IMG/VR virus record: IMGVR_UViG_3300036851_000497 | Location: 2,558-66,557 of that record | DNA: 64,000 nucleotides | Reading direction: 5' to 3' (one strand) | From: a virus | Part shown: piece after piece, positions 19,509 through 30,136 of the stretch | How the letters are laid out: each line of letters starts with the position of its first letter | How positions within the stretch are numbered: the stretch's first letter is position 1 | The notes under the pieces: generated by a model | The model's database searches: none | What the model was told of the DNA's origin: nothing | The model's input: the letters and a program-made list of their open reading frames with translations, nothing else | Made by a program: the position numbers and the translations under genes

Positions 19509-19844
19509 ATGGCTGAATTCACTTGGGCGGTTACGAAGGGCACGCAGCTTTCAATGCAGCCGCGCGTCCTGGAAGCGCGTTTTGGCGATGGTTATAGCCA
19601 GCGCACCGCTGACGGCATCAATACCAATCCGCAGATCTGGAGCATCGTCATCGACAACCGCGAAAAGGCCGAGGGTGACGCCATACAGACGTTTCTCGAA
19701 GCGCGCGCTGGACATGAATCATTCGATTGGACGCCGCCGGATATGGCAATGGCCAAATTCATCTGCAAACAGTGGTCGCGCGCCTATCCGATCATGGAAG
19801 AGGTGAGCAGTTTCAATCTGATCTTCGAGCAAATCTTTGAATAA
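19509..19844 (+). CDS. distal tail protein (lambda M-like)
   Basis: FGDGYSQRTADGIN, FLEARAG..SFDWTPP. Confidence 0.92.
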   Translation: MAEFTWAVTKGTQLSMQPRVLEARFGDGYSQRTADGINTNPQIWSIVIDNREKAEGDAIQTFLEARAGHESFDWTPPDMAMAKFICKQWSRAYPIMEEVSSFNLIFEQIFE

Positions 19845-19848
19845 GTTC

Positions 19849-20544
19849 ATGCCAATTTCTCAAGATATCCTCAAGGCCAACGCCGATAAGTTGGTCCAGC
19901 TATTCGAGCTTGACCTCAACGAAATCGGGGTTGTTCAGGTTTACCGCTTCCACGCCGGCGAAAATGAATTGCTTGAAAATGTCATCTGGCGTGGCGTGAC
20001 TTATTTGCCACGGCCAATTGAGGCATCCGGCTTCGAATTTTCCGGCAAAGGGCAAATTCCGAGACCCACGCTTTTAGTTGCCGATATTGATGGCGCCGTT
20101 ACGGGCTTGGTGAATTCCTATCAGGATTTGGTCGGTGCCAAGCTCATTCGCCGACGCACGCACGTCAAATATCTGGATGCGGCGAATTTCACAGACGGCG
20201 TCAACGATACGGCCAATCCGAATGAGCGCTACGCAGATGACATTTATTTCGTCGAGCGCAAGATTGCACACAACAAAATTCTGATCGAGTTTGAACTGTC
20301 AGCAGCTTTTGATGTGCACGGCGTCAAGCTGCCGGGTCGCCGCATAATTCCGAATTGTCCATGGATCTATAAAGAGGCCGAGTGCAGCTACATCCCTGGC
20401 CAGATGTTCACGATGATGGATGAATTGACGAGTGATCCGACGAAGGACATCTGCGCGAAGCGGCTAAAAAGCTGCGAGATTCGTTTCGGCATTACCAATC
20501 CGCTGCCCTTCGGGGGCTTTCCTGGAGTGGGGTTATTCAGATGA
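19849..20544 (+). CDS. minor tail protein (lambda L-like)
   Basis: PIEASGFE, KYLDAANF, CPWIY..ECSY, DICAKRLKSC, LPFGGFPG. Confidence 0.94.
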   Translation: MPISQDILKANADKLVQLFELDLNEIGVVQVYRFHAGENELLENVIWRGVTYLPRPIEASGFEFSGKGQIPRPTLLVADIDGAVTGLVNSYQDLVGAKLIRRRTHVKYLDAANFTDGVNDTANPNERYADDIYFVERKIAHNKILIEFELSAAFDVHGVKLPGRRIIPNCPWIYKEAECSYIPGQMFTMMDELTSDPTKDICAKRLKSCEIRFGITNPLPFGGFPGVGLFR

Positions 20545-20738
20545 AATCACTGCGTTGCTTTTTCGGTTTCCATAACAATCGTCGCTATCATGGTAATGAT
20601 GACGGTGCGCCGTATGAACAATTAATTTGCCAACGGTGCGGTAGCAGCACGCGCAAACTTTATACCCCAGGCTTTTATAATTGCCGCTTTGAATATAACG
20701 AGGGAGAAGGTTTCTTTCGGCAGCCGCCTGCTAAATGA
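20541..20738 (+). CDS. small Cys/His protein inserted between L and K
   Basis: CFFGFH...CQRCG; ATGA overlaps on both sides. Confidence 0.5.
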   Translation: MKSLRCFFGFHNNRRYHGNDDGAPYEQLICQRCGSSTRKLYTPGFYNCRFEYNEGEGFFRQPPAK

Positions 20739-21454
20739 ACGATGCGCACTTGCAAGCGATTCTCGCGCACGCCGCAGAGGTCGCGCCGGCAGAATGTTGC
20801 GGACTCATTGCAAAGGGTGAGTATCACCGCTGCACGAATCTCGCTGCTGATCAAACGCACTTTGTGATTGGTTCAGATGATATCGAGCGCTTCAACGGCA
20901 GCATTGAGGCGGTAGTGCATTCGCATCCGTTCGCCTCACCTGAACCCACGACGCACGATCGAGTCGCCTGCGAACGCTCCAGGCTGCCTTGGATCATCGT
21001 TTCGCATCCAAGCAGCGCATATCGGGAAATTCTCCCGTGCGGCTATCGGGCGCCGCTCATCGGCCGTGAATTCTTTCATGGCTCGCTCGATTGTTATGGG
21101 CTGGTGCGTGACTACTATTTTGAAAAGCTCGGCGTCGATCTGCTGGATTTTTGGCGAATGGACGAATGGTGGAACCGCGGGGAAAGTCTATTGGTGGACA
21201 ATTATGAAAAGGCCGGTTTCATTCTTGTGTGTCAGCCGTTGGCGAGTAAGTTGAAAGAATTTCTGCGGGAAATCCGGCCGCATGATGTGATTTTTATGCA
21301 ACGTCGCGCACCGGTGCCGAATCACTGTGCTGTCTATCAAGGTGAGGGAAAAATTTTGCATCATTGCATGGGCGCGCTTTCCAAGCCGGACATTTATGGC
21401 GGCTATTGGCATAGTCTGAGCACACACCATTTGCGCCATCAATCGCTGATATGA
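20735..21454 (+). CDS. tail assembly protein (lambda K-like, JAB + NlpC/P60)
   Basis: ECCGL, VVHSHP, DCYGLVRDYY, PNHCAVY...ILHH. Confidence 0.93.
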   Translation: MNDAHLQAILAHAAEVAPAECCGLIAKGEYHRCTNLAADQTHFVIGSDDIERFNGSIEAVVHSHPFASPEPTTHDRVACERSRLPWIIVSHPSSAYREILPCGYRAPLIGREFFHGSLDCYGLVRDYYFEKLGVDLLDFWRMDEWWNRGESLLVDNYEKAGFILVCQPLASKLKEFLREIRPHDVIFMQRRAPVPNHCAVYQGEGKILHHCMGALSKPDIYGGYWHSLSTHHLRHQSLI

Positions 21455-22050
21455 CGCCGGTTTATCTGCATGAACACTTGGCCGATGAGTTCGGCCATTT
21501 TTTTGAGTTCGATGTGCATTCACCAGCGGAAGCGGTGCGCGCGCTCTGCGCGAACTTCCCCGACTTCAGCGGCTATCTGATCCGCAACAATCTACCTGGC
21601 TATTACGTTCGAGTAAGTGACACCTATCGCGACGGGCCAGAAATACAAAAGCTGTCAGGCCGAGAACCGATCCATTTCATCCCAGTAGTCGCGGGCGGCG
21701 GTGATGGTAAAGGGTTATTGACGATCATCGCTGGTGTCGCGCTGATCGCATTCTCTGGTGGTATCGGCGGAGCAATAGGAGCGGCCGGTTTGGCTACTGC
21801 TGCCGGAGCTACTGCCGGCGTATCTGCGTTCGGTCTGGCCCTTGCCCTCGGCGGCGTCTCACAACTCCTGTTCAAGCCGCCGAAATCGCCAAAGCCGAAC
21901 GAGCGCCCGGAGAACAAGCCGTCTTTCGTTTTCGATGGACCTGTCAACACCATTGCCGCAGGCCATCCGGTGCCGGTCGGCTATGGCGAACTCATCGTCG
22001 GCTCGGCGGTGATTTCCGCCGGCATTATCACTGAGGATATTCCGGCATGA
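21451..22050 (+). CDS. tail assembly protein (lambda I-like)
   Basis: EAVRAL, IHFIPVVAG, GHPVPVGYGELIVGSAVISAG. Confidence 0.93.
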   Translation: MTPVYLHEHLADEFGHFFEFDVHSPAEAVRALCANFPDFSGYLIRNNLPGYYVRVSDTYRDGPEIQKLSGREPIHFIPVVAGGGDGKGLLTIIAGVALIAFSGGIGGAIGAAGLATAAGATAGVSAFGLALALGGVSQLLFKPPKSPKPNERPENKPSFVFDGPVNTIAAGHPVPVGYGELIVGSAVISAGIITEDIPA

Positions 22051-25000
22051 CGCTGCCGATCATCGGTTACAAGGGCGGCAAGGGCGGCGGCAGCACTCGA
22101 CGCACGCCAATTGAAGCGGCCGATACTCTGCGCTCGCGCGCTTCAGCGCGTGTTTTAGATTTGATTGCCGAAGGCGAGATCGAGGGATTTGTAAACGGAC
22201 TGCAATCGGTTTATCTCGATGAGACGCCGATTCAGAACGCGAACGGCACGTTTAATTTCGATGGCGTAACAGTCTACTTCGTACCGGGAACGCAGGATCA
22301 GCAGTACATCCCTGGCTTCAGCAATATTGAATCAGAGTTCGCGGTCGCAACTGAAGTCAAAGTGGCTGACCCAGTTGTGCGGACGATTAACAATCCGAGC
22401 GTCAACGCGGTGCGTGTGCGGATTTCCATTCCCGCGTTATCAAGCTTGAATACGACTACCGGCGATTTAATTGGCACTACGGTTCAATTCGCGATTGATG
22501 TACAAGCGGCTGGTGGTGAATTCCAAGCCGCACCGCTTTCCGCAGGATGGCTATCGGCGAATCTTTCTGGCGGCATCGTCAGCATGGCTCAAGCTGGCAC
22601 TGGGATCGCAGCATCGGTAACGTGGAATAAACCAAGCGATCAGTATTCGCCATTCGTCCAGCCGCCGCGCAGAACGATTACTTATGACGTAGAATTCCGC
22701 CTGCAGGGCGCAATTGCCTGGCAACTCTATAAACGAGAATCTATAACCGACGATGATTTCAGAACACGCGGCAATCAGGCTGGCGCATTTGTATACGGAC
22801 CATTTGGATTGGGGGCGACGTTGGCAACTCCAGCCGGAGTCCTCGGTTTTAATCCGGCGCCTTTTCCGCTCTATCAACAGACCGCGATTCCGGCGCGGAT
22901 CTATGAAATCAGCAATCTTGCTTCAGGCAAATATGAGTTGCGAGTTAGCAAAGTTTCCGGTGATGGCGCGCTTTCCATCTCGAATCCTCGGGTTTATGTG
23001 CCAATCAACAATGTGACGATCACCGATAAGGCATCGTCGAAATATGAACGCTCCTACTACATTCCGCTGACGGGAACGGCACCGTGGAATATCAGGGTGC
23101 GCCGAATCACGCCTGATTCGACATCGAGCGCGCTCAATAACAAAACTGTTTTTGAAGGCTACACGGAAATCATCGAACGCAAACTGCGCTATCCGAATTC
23201 GGCGCTTGCCGGATTGATTGTCGATTCCTCGCACTTCAGTGCGGTCCCGCAGCGTGCGTATCACGTGAAACTGCTAAGAATCCAAGTACCGAGCAACTAT
23301 GATCCGATTCTGCGCACGTATACCGGGATTTGGGATGGCACTTTTAAAATCGCGTGGTCGAATAATCCGGCCTGGTGCTCTTATGACTTGGCGATAAACA
23401 CACGCTATGGCTTGGGCCGTTATCTAGACCCGATGACGACCGACAAGTGGGCGCTCTACACGATAGGCAAATACTGCGATGTGCTTGTGCACGATGGCTT
23501 CGGCGGGCTCGAGCCACGTTTTACCTGCAACATTTATTTGCAGACGCAAGAGGAAGCATTTGATGTGCTCTCGGCTATGGCCTCCGTCTTTCGTGGCTTG
23601 TTATATTGGGCTGAAGGTCAGATCGTTCCGGTGCAGGATGCACCAGCCAGCGCGGATTTCCAATTCTCCGCAGCCAATGTTATTGACGGATTATTCACGT
23701 ATGCGGGTTCCTCTCGCAAGGCACGGCATACGGTCGCATTGGTTTCTTGGAACGACCCTGAGAATTTCTATCGGCAAAAGATCGAATACGTCGAGGATGC
23801 CGCAGGCATCGCGCGTTACGGCGTAGTTGAAACAGATATTGTTGCCGTAGGTTGCACTTCCCGCGGACAGGCGCATCGCGTTGGCAAGTGGCTGCTTTAT
23901 TCGGAACTCAATGAATCCGAGGTCGTCAGCTTTCGCACCGGCTTATATGGTGCTGCGGTGCGGCCGGGCAACATCATCCAGATCAATGATTCGCATCGCG
24001 CCGGCCTGCGCTTTTCCGGGCGGATTATTTCGGCTACAACGACAGCAATCATATTAGATGCGCCGGTGACGATAGAAGCACTCGCTGGCTTGAATTACAC
24101 GCTCTCTTGCATGATCGCGGTAAGTGAGCAATGGGGGCCAGGCGCCACGAAAGCAGCAAATGATCGCGTCTATTCTGTGGCACCAAATTTGCATTTGCAC
24201 TTTGAATGCACAACTGCCGGCACGACTGGCGTGAGCGAGCCGGTATTCAATAAGCAGATTGGCGGCACGACGCAGGATGGTGACGTGATATGGACGACGC
24301 GCTCGAACCTGGAAGAACGCGCAGTCACCAATGATCCTGGCTCCACTTCAACATTGAATGTAGCTGCGCCATTTACTGCTGCGCCGGAGCCGCAAACGAT
24401 TTGGTTGCTGATGTCCTCAGCGCTTCAGGCGTCGAAATGGCGGGCATTGTCGATCGCGGAAGTCGAGCCGCATCTCTATGAGATCGCGGCAGTCGCGCAC
24501 AACCCTAATAAATTCGCAGCGATTGAGGAAAATGTTGTACTCGAAATGCCGAGCACATCAGTTCTGACAGGCACGCCATTGCCGCCGACTGGGCTTGTAT
24601 TGGATGAATTGCTCATCAGTTTTCGCGGGCGCTTAACTTCCGTATTGACGATCAAATGGGATGCAGTCGCTGGTGCCAGAGCTTATGCGATTGAATACCG
24701 CAAGGATCAGGGAACGTGGATAAAGCTGCCAGATCAACTTCAGCCTTATGCTGAAGTAGTGGATGTTATCCCAGGCGCCTATCAAGTGCGTTTGGTTGCA
24801 ATCAACCAATTAGGCAATCCATCGGCGCCGCTTCTCAAATCGAGATTAGTTCTTGGCAAGGCTAATCCGCCGCAAAATGTAAGCGGTTTTGCAGTCGCTC
24901 GCAGTAGCGGCATTCTGAAATTCTCATGGCAGCACATAGCTGATGCCGATCTCGATTACTACGAGCTGCGGCGCGGCTCGACGTGGGAATCAGCAATCCC

Positions 25001-25895
25001 GTTGGGCGAGACGATTAGCAATCATTTTGATCTCGATACGAATTCTGGCGGCACGTATCTGCTCAAGGCATTTGATACGTCCGGCAATCAGAGCGCTCTG
25101 GCTGCGGTCATCATCGCGCCCAATTACGCCAATGTGAACGTTGTCGTGAATGACGATGATAAGGATGCCGGATGGCCTGGGGCGAAAACAAACGTAAGCG
25201 TTGATGGCGGCAATGCGATTGTTTTAGCTGGTCGCAAGCCGTGGGCTGAATTTACGCAGCCGTGGGCGACCTATACGGGCGATTGGTTCGCGAGTTCCGT
25301 GCCGTTCACTGATGGTTCCTACACGACCGATGTGCTCGATCTCGGCGATGTATTGAATTCACGCGTAGAGATTATTCCGACTATCGAGCAGCAAGTTCTC
25401 GGTGGCCGTCCTTGGGTGAGTTATACGGATCCTTGGTTCACTTACACCGAGCCATGGGCTGGCACGCCAGGAAAGATTTCCGCAACTTTTGAAATCAGAA
25501 CTAGCAACGATAACGTCACTTTCACGGCTTGGTCGCCATTTGTCACTGGTTTTTACAGCGCGCGCTATTTGCAGGTCCGCGCAAACTTGGCGACGCTCGA
25601 CATCAATTATTTGCCGCGCATGACATCGCTGCTTGTGAAGGTCGATGTTCCTGATCGTGTTTTGCATTTTGAAGATGCGTCAGTGCCATCAAGCGGATTG
25701 CATCTGACTTTTACGCCACCATTCGTGAATGTCCAAACTGTGCAGGTAACGATCCAAGGCGGATTAGTTGGCGACGATTATCGCGTGACGAATAAAAATA
25801 ACGATGGCTGCGATGTGCAGGTTTTCAATTCGGCCGGAACTGCCAAGGCCGGTATTTTGGATGTAGATGCATTCGGCTATGGAGAACGGCCTTGA
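22047..25895 (+). CDS. central tail tip / host specificity protein (lambda J-like)
   Basis: EGEIEG, YPNSAL, WSNNPAWC, EPRFTCN, GCTSRGQAHRVGKW; FN3-like region. Confidence 0.95.
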   Translation: MTLPIIGYKGGKGGGSTRRTPIEAADTLRSRASARVLDLIAEGEIEGFVNGLQSVYLDETPIQNANGTFNFDGVTVYFVPGTQDQQYIPGFSNIESEFAVATEVKVADPVVRTINNPSVNAVRVRISIPALSSLNTTTGDLIGTTVQFAIDVQAAGGEFQAAPLSAGWLSANLSGGIVSMAQAGTGIAASVTWNKPSDQYSPFVQPPRRTITYDVEFRLQGAIAWQLYKRESITDDDFRTRGNQAGAFVYGPFGLGATLATPAGVLGFNPAPFPLYQQTAIPARIYEISNLASGKYELRVSKVSGDGALSISNPRVYVPINNVTITDKASSKYERSYYIPLTGTAPWNIRVRRITPDSTSSALNNKTVFEGYTEIIERKLRYPNSALAGLIVDSSHFSAVPQRAYHVKLLRIQVPSNYDPILRTYTGIWDGTFKIAWSNNPAWCSYDLAINTRYGLGRYLDPMTTDKWALYTIGKYCDVLVHDGFGGLEPRFTCNIYLQTQEEAFDVLSAMASVFRGLLYWAEGQIVPVQDAPASADFQFSAANVIDGLFTYAGSSRKARHTVALVSWNDPENFYRQKIEYVEDAAGIARYGVVETDIVAVGCTSRGQAHRVGKWLLYSELNESEVVSFRTGLYGAAVRPGNIIQINDSHRAGLRFSGRIISATTTAIILDAPVTIEALAGLNYTLSCMIAVSEQWGPGATKAANDRVYSVAPNLHLHFECTTAGTTGVSEPVFNKQIGGTTQDGDVIWTTRSNLEERAVTNDPGSTSTLNVAAPFTAAPEPQTIWLLMSSALQASKWRALSIAEVEPHLYEIAAVAHNPNKFAAIEENVVLEMPSTSVLTGTPLPPTGLVLDELLISFRGRLTSVLTIKWDAVAGARAYAIEYRKDQGTWIKLPDQLQPYAEVVDVIPGAYQVRLVAINQLGNPSAPLLKSRLVLGKANPPQNVSGFAVARSSGILKFSWQHIADADLDYYELRRGSTWESAIPLGETISNHFDLDTNSGGTYLLKAFDTSGNQSALAAVIIAPNYANVNVVVNDDDKDAGWPGAKTNVSVDGGNAIVLAGRKPWAEFTQPWATYTGDWFASSVPFTDGSYTTDVLDLGDVLNSRVEIIPTIEQQVLGGRPWVSYTDPWFTYTEPWAGTPGKISATFEIRTSNDNVTFTAWSPFVTGFYSARYLQVRANLATLDINYLPRMTSLLVKVDVPDRVLHFEDASVPSSGLHLTFTPPFVNVQTVQVTIQGGLVGDDYRVTNKNNDGCDVQVFNSAGTAKAGILDVDAFGYGERP

Positions 25896-26878
25896 GTCAA
25901 GCTTGGACAGTAGATGATATCAATCCGGCCGCCGGTGGCAGTTCGCCAGCGACGGATGCGCCGAAGATCAAGGAAAGCTTTGAATCATTGCGCAGCAATT
26001 TCAGCGGGGCCACTGCGCCCATTGATACCGTTGCTCATATGTTTTGGTCGGATACGACCGCCAATCTGCTCAAGCAACGCAATGCAGCGAATAGCGCATG
26101 GATCACGATAGGTTCCCTACTCGAGCCAAATACCGGCGTCGGGATGTCGCGCGGCAATGATTCAAAGAACAATGCGACTACGCCGAATACGCAGTGGGAC
26201 CTGAATGCCGATGCGATCGTGCTCAAAGATGGAAACAATATGTCGATCGCCAAAAATCCGGCCGTCATTACATGCAACATCTCGACGGCTGGTCCAATTG
26301 CAAACGGACGCGATCAGTCTGCCGCATTTGCGGTTAATAGTTTCGTCAACTTTTTCTGGATCTGGAACGGGACGACTCTCGCGACCCTTGCTTCAGCATC
26401 GCTCACGCCGACATTGCCAACCGGCTATACGCATTCTGTCTACGAAGGGACGGTGCCGCTCGATGGCTCAGGCAATCTCAGGAGAATGCGGCATAAGGGA
26501 GAATTCGCTTTTTATGAAGCACAGCCAACTATTCTCACTGCTGGTGCCGCACAAACAGAAAGTGTTGTAAGCAGTGCAACATTTGTACCACCCAATGCGT
26601 TCGCGGTCTTATTGCGAATAACCTCCTTCGCAAATTCTATAAATGCCGGTGCCGCGCAGGCGAATTATGATATCAGGCTCGTTACGGGCATTGATTATTT
26701 TCATTTCGTTTTATATTGGCATTCATCTGGGGCTGGAGGGAATGCCTTTCATAGTCATCAAATCATGATTCCCAATCTTTCACAATCGTTACGGTATATA
26801 TGGAGCGCGTTGTCAAATGCAACGACACCGCAATTAAGTATCGACGTAAATGGTTTCACGATGCCCAATGGGGGATAA
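25892..26878 (+). CDS. putative tail fibre / receptor-binding protein
   Basis: Follows J; LRSNFSGATAP, WSDTTANLLKQRN N-terminus. Confidence 0.7.
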   Translation: MSQAWTVDDINPAAGGSSPATDAPKIKESFESLRSNFSGATAPIDTVAHMFWSDTTANLLKQRNAANSAWITIGSLLEPNTGVGMSRGNDSKNNATTPNTQWDLNADAIVLKDGNNMSIAKNPAVITCNISTAGPIANGRDQSAAFAVNSFVNFFWIWNGTTLATLASASLTPTLPTGYTHSVYEGTVPLDGSGNLRRMRHKGEFAFYEAQPTILTAGAAQTESVVSSATFVPPNAFAVLLRITSFANSINAGAAQANYDIRLVTGIDYFHFVLYWHSSGAGGNAFHSHQIMIPNLSQSLRYIWSALSNATTPQLSIDVNGFTMPNGG

Positions 26879-27202
26879 ATGAAAAAAGCCTTCTTTGATT
26901 CGAGCACGCGGCTGTTGAAGACCCACGGCTATATTGAATCGAACGAGCCGGATGATCTTGTGCTCGAAGTGCCGGATACATTCAATGCAACCATCGGCAG
27001 GGTCAAGCTCAATGCTGCCGGCGATGGCATGGAGCCGTACACACCGCCGCCATTGACCGAGACGCAGAAGGATGCGGAGGCACAGATTCATTTGGATAGC
27101 CAAAAGCTGATCAAAGCAGTTGCGCTTTGGATTGCCGATGCTCTCAATATTCCGCCTGCGCAAGCGAAACAAGCGATTCTCACGAAATATCGGAATCTTT
27201 AA
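26879..27202 (+). CDS. putative tail fibre assembly protein
   Basis: Small ORF directly after fibre gene, before terminator. Confidence 0.5.
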   Translation: MKKAFFDSSTRLLKTHGYIESNEPDDLVLEVPDTFNATIGRVKLNAAGDGMEPYTPPPLTETQKDAEAQIHLDSQKLIKAVALWIADALNIPPAQAKQAILTKYRNL

Positions 27203-27203
27203 G

Positions 27204-27230
27204 AGCCGCCTTTTGGCGGCTTTTTCTTTT
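27204..27230 (+). terminator. intrinsic terminator
   Basis: agccgcc-tttt-ggcggct plus T run; identical to the 8519-8545 terminator. Confidence 0.85.
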
Positions 27231-27259
27231 GTCCCAATCGACATTGCTTGGAGGATTCG

Positions 27260-27577
27260 ATGGAGCAAAACGGCAACAACAATGGTTTCAAGCGTCGCGC
27301 GCTGGATGCCGCCTTCAGGTGGGTAACTGGTGTTGCGATTATTATCACGCTCGCAGTAATTGGCGCGCTCTGGACTTCATATCAGGCAAGCCAAGCTGTA
27401 GCAATGTTGATAACTAAAGTCGAACAATTAGAGAAGGCCAACGCCGCTCTATTCGACCGACAAAATGAATTGAAGATCAGCGCGATTGAAAAGCAGTTGG
27501 CGCAATTAGACGCCGAAAATAAGAGGCTCAAAGACGAACTAACCCGTACTACCAGCGCCGTCGCCAGCAAAAAATGA
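27260..27577 (+). CDS. membrane protein with coiled coil (lysis region)
   Basis: One TM segment then heptads; GGAGG SD. Confidence 0.6.
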   Translation: MEQNGNNNGFKRRALDAAFRWVTGVAIIITLAVIGALWTSYQASQAVAMLITKVEQLEKANAALFDRQNELKISAIEKQLAQLDAENKRLKDELTRTTSAVASKK

Positions 27578-27867
27578 ATCTGGGAACGCTCATTGATGCC
27601 GGCGCCGGCATTCATGGAGCGTTCGTGGCGGCAGCTTCGTTACGAGTGATGTGGCTTTATTGGAACGATGAAAGCAAATTGTTAAGGCATATCGGCGATC
27701 TTGCATTCTCATATCTCGGTCTAACTATGTGCAGTATCTGGTGGCTGTGGTTTCACGTCCACGATGAATATTGGCCAGCAATCATTCTCGCCATTTTCTA
27801 CTGGCGCGGTGACATTGGTTTGGCAAAAGTGATCCGGCGGCGCCACGCTCGAATTTCTAAACAGTAA
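27574..27867 (+). CDS. multi-TM protein, holin candidate
   Basis: About three hydrophobic segments and a basic C-terminus. Confidence 0.45.
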   Translation: MNLGTLIDAGAGIHGAFVAAASLRVMWLYWNDESKLLRHIGDLAFSYLGLTMCSIWWLWFHVHDEYWPAIILAIFYWRGDIGLAKVIRRRHARISKQ

Positions 27868-27962
27868 CTAACTCCTCCCGGTAAACCTTCCGGCTTTGCC
27901 CCACCGCGCGGCAACGTTAATGAGTCGCTTGACTCACCGCGGGCATCCAAAGGAGGCCAATC

Positions 27963-28277
27963 ATGGCCGACTTGCTGAGAATCTTTTACGCCGCGTTGTT
28001 TCTGGCCTTGGTCACTGTTCACTTCAACGCTGAAGCATACCCGCGAGGCTCCTGTGCAGACCGTATCGCTTTGGTCGCTATCATCATGGCCGCCAAAAAC
28101 GATGGGTTCAGCAAAGCGGAATATCTCAGGTATCTCGATCATGTTTTCGAGCGCGGGGATTTTGAAGCCAGCTTAACCGAACGCGAGGAAATCAGGCACT
28201 ACGTTGATCTCGTGTTCGACGGTACCGCAGCGTTAAATCTAATGGTGCAATGTGGCGGGCCAAAGGTTTCGTCTTGA
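27963..28277 (+). CDS. exported hypothetical protein
   Basis: AAGGAGG SD; signal-like N-terminus. Confidence 0.55.
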   Translation: MADLLRIFYAALFLALVTVHFNAEAYPRGSCADRIALVAIIMAAKNDGFSKAEYLRYLDHVFERGDFEASLTEREEIRHYVDLVFDGTAALNLMVQCGGPKVSS

Positions 28278-28462
28278 CGCCTGCCGATACGCTGCCTCAA
28301 TCAGCGAGCAATTGAATGCATGGCTGGGCGGCAAGCCGGGCGAATCCTTGTGCGAGCGCGCTGCATGCTCGACTAGCTGGCGCGGTCGATTGTTTTGCCG
28401 CGTTGTTGATACGGTGATTCCGAAACATTGCGAGTCCCGCAGAACTCGAAGTGGAGGCTGAC

Positions 28463-28633
28463 ATGGGCGCATTACTCGTTTTGGTTTTGATCGCGGTTCT
28501 CGTAACCCTGGCACCAATGGACGCGCGGCTGAAAACCACGTTTATCTGGATTCTTATTGTTCTCGCCATCCTTTGGCTGCTTAGCGCCTTGGGTCTATTC
28601 GGCGCGTTGGACTTCGATTGGCCACGCAGATGA
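28463..28633 (+). CDS. small two-TM membrane protein
   Basis: GGAGG SD; two hydrophobic helices. Confidence 0.55.
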   Translation: MGALLVLVLIAVLVTLAPMDARLKTTFIWILIVLAILWLLSALGLFGALDFDWPRR

Positions 28634-28839
28634 AGTGCTCATGGGTTGATTGCAGCAATGAAGCCGAGCATGAGCAGGTAGGAAAGATTGGCGATGTTTG
28701 GGCACGGCTGTGTACGGAACATAACAATAAGTTGGTCGCGTGCCTTGATAGCGGAGACGCGAAAAAGATATTGAGTGCTTGGGTAAGGGCGCAAGGTGGA
28801 GCGAAAGCAGCAACTTCTCGAATGGTTAGCACGAGATGA
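28630..28839 (+). CDS. hypothetical protein
   Basis: ATGA overlap; CxxxxC...LCxxH. Confidence 0.5.
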   Translation: MKCSWVDCSNEAEHEQVGKIGDVWARLCTEHNNKLVACLDSGDAKKILSAWVRAQGGAKAATSRMVSTR

Positions 28840-29199
28840 CCGACAAACCCCAATGCGGAAATTGTGCGCATTTCAAAGAGCCGAAGAGCCAGAAAATGCT
28901 GGAATTCGGGTTCAGGCAATGCGAGCTGCAAGAGAAACACTTTTATCGCCCCGCGCATCTGACGTGCGCCTTTGAGCCGCCGCGATTTTCGCCGAAGGCG
29001 TATCTGGAAGCGTAACGATGAAAGTTACTATTCGCGACCCGGCCGGATTTGAACACACACTGCTTTTTGAGGGTGACGGAGTTTGGGGCGCGGAGAACAT
29101 AGCGCATTGGGCAGAAGTTTCCGAGCGGAAGGTTATAACCAGCTCATTAGTGAATGCGCTGAGATCATCTAGCCCGCTACCTTTTGGCTTTCAATACGC

Positions 29200-29394
29200 A
29201 TGAGCAAGCTGCGCATCCGTTTCACTTGGCCTGGTCGCGGTGACAAGAAACCATTAGAGCGCACCTTCGATCATCCGCAGGATTTCGAGGATTGGTTAGA
29301 CCCAATGTTTGCCAAGCCTGAAATCATCACGGTGGAGGAAATGATTCCGGCGGCAGACGGAACTCCGAGATGGGTGGCGAAGGAGATGGCGTGA
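29200..29394 (+). CDS. hypothetical protein
   Basis: ATGA-coupled small ORF. Confidence 0.45.
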   Translation: MSKLRIRFTWPGRGDKKPLERTFDHPQDFEDWLDPMFAKPEIITVEEMIPAADGTPRWVAKEMA

Positions 29395-29618
29395 ACTACA
29401 CAATTCCGCGCGATCATTGGGAACACGTCTCCGAACGCTCGCGAAAGACGTTCAAGGCGATAGTAATTTGCCCAAAGTGCAACAACAAAAGCTCAATCAG
29501 AGAGCATGCTATTGCGGCAAATGGAGATCTTAGTCCAAGTCTCTTTTGCCCATTTACGCCATGCGATTTCCATGAGTACGTGACCCTTGAAGGATGGGAC
29601 AAAGGCGCGCTGCCATGA
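29391..29618 (+). CDS. small Zn-binding protein
   Basis: CPKC...SPSLFCP..CDFH; GTG start with AAGGAG SD. Confidence 0.5.
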   Translation: MNYTIPRDHWEHVSERSRKTFKAIVICPKCNNKSSIREHAIAANGDLSPSLFCPFTPCDFHEYVTLEGWDKGALP

Positions 29619-30136
29619 GCTATCTCTCCGCCTTGGAAATCGTGCTCGGAAGTGAAGGCGAATGGTCTGATCATCCGTTGGATAAAGGCGGAGCGACGAT
29701 GCGGGGGGTCACGCAGTCCACCTATAACCGCTGGCGCGATAAACACGGCCAAGCGCGGCAGTCAGTTGAGCAGATCGCCCGCGAGGAACTCGTCGAGCTC
29801 TATTTTGAGCAATACTGGAAGCCAATCCGCGGCGATGACCTGCCGCCTGCGGTCGCTGTGGCTGTATTCGATTGCGCAGTCAATTCCGGTATCGGTCGCA
29901 CTATCACGCTGCTGCAGAGCGCGTTATGCGTCAAGCAGGATGGCATTTTCGGGCCGATGACTCTGAATGCCGTCCTATCCTCGAAGCCGAAGAAACTGCT
30001 GTTCGATTTCGGCAATGAGCGCACGCGTTTCTTGTGCAACATCGTGCAGGCTGACCCGAGCCAAGTCGTGTTTATCGAGGGCTGGGTAATGCGCCCGAGG
30101 TTTATCGAGCAGAAGGTATTGATCAACGGAAGTTAG
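29615..30136 (+). CDS. endolysin, glycoside hydrolase family 108
   Basis: SEGEWSDHPLDKGGATMRGVT, FDCAVNSG, DGIFGPMTL, GWVMR. Confidence 0.92.
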   Translation: MSYLSALEIVLGSEGEWSDHPLDKGGATMRGVTQSTYNRWRDKHGQARQSVEQIAREELVELYFEQYWKPIRGDDLPPAVAVAVFDCAVNSGIGRTITLLQSALCVKQDGIFGPMTLNAVLSSKPKKLLFDFGNERTRFLCNIVQADPSQVVFIEGWVMRPRFIEQKVLINGS

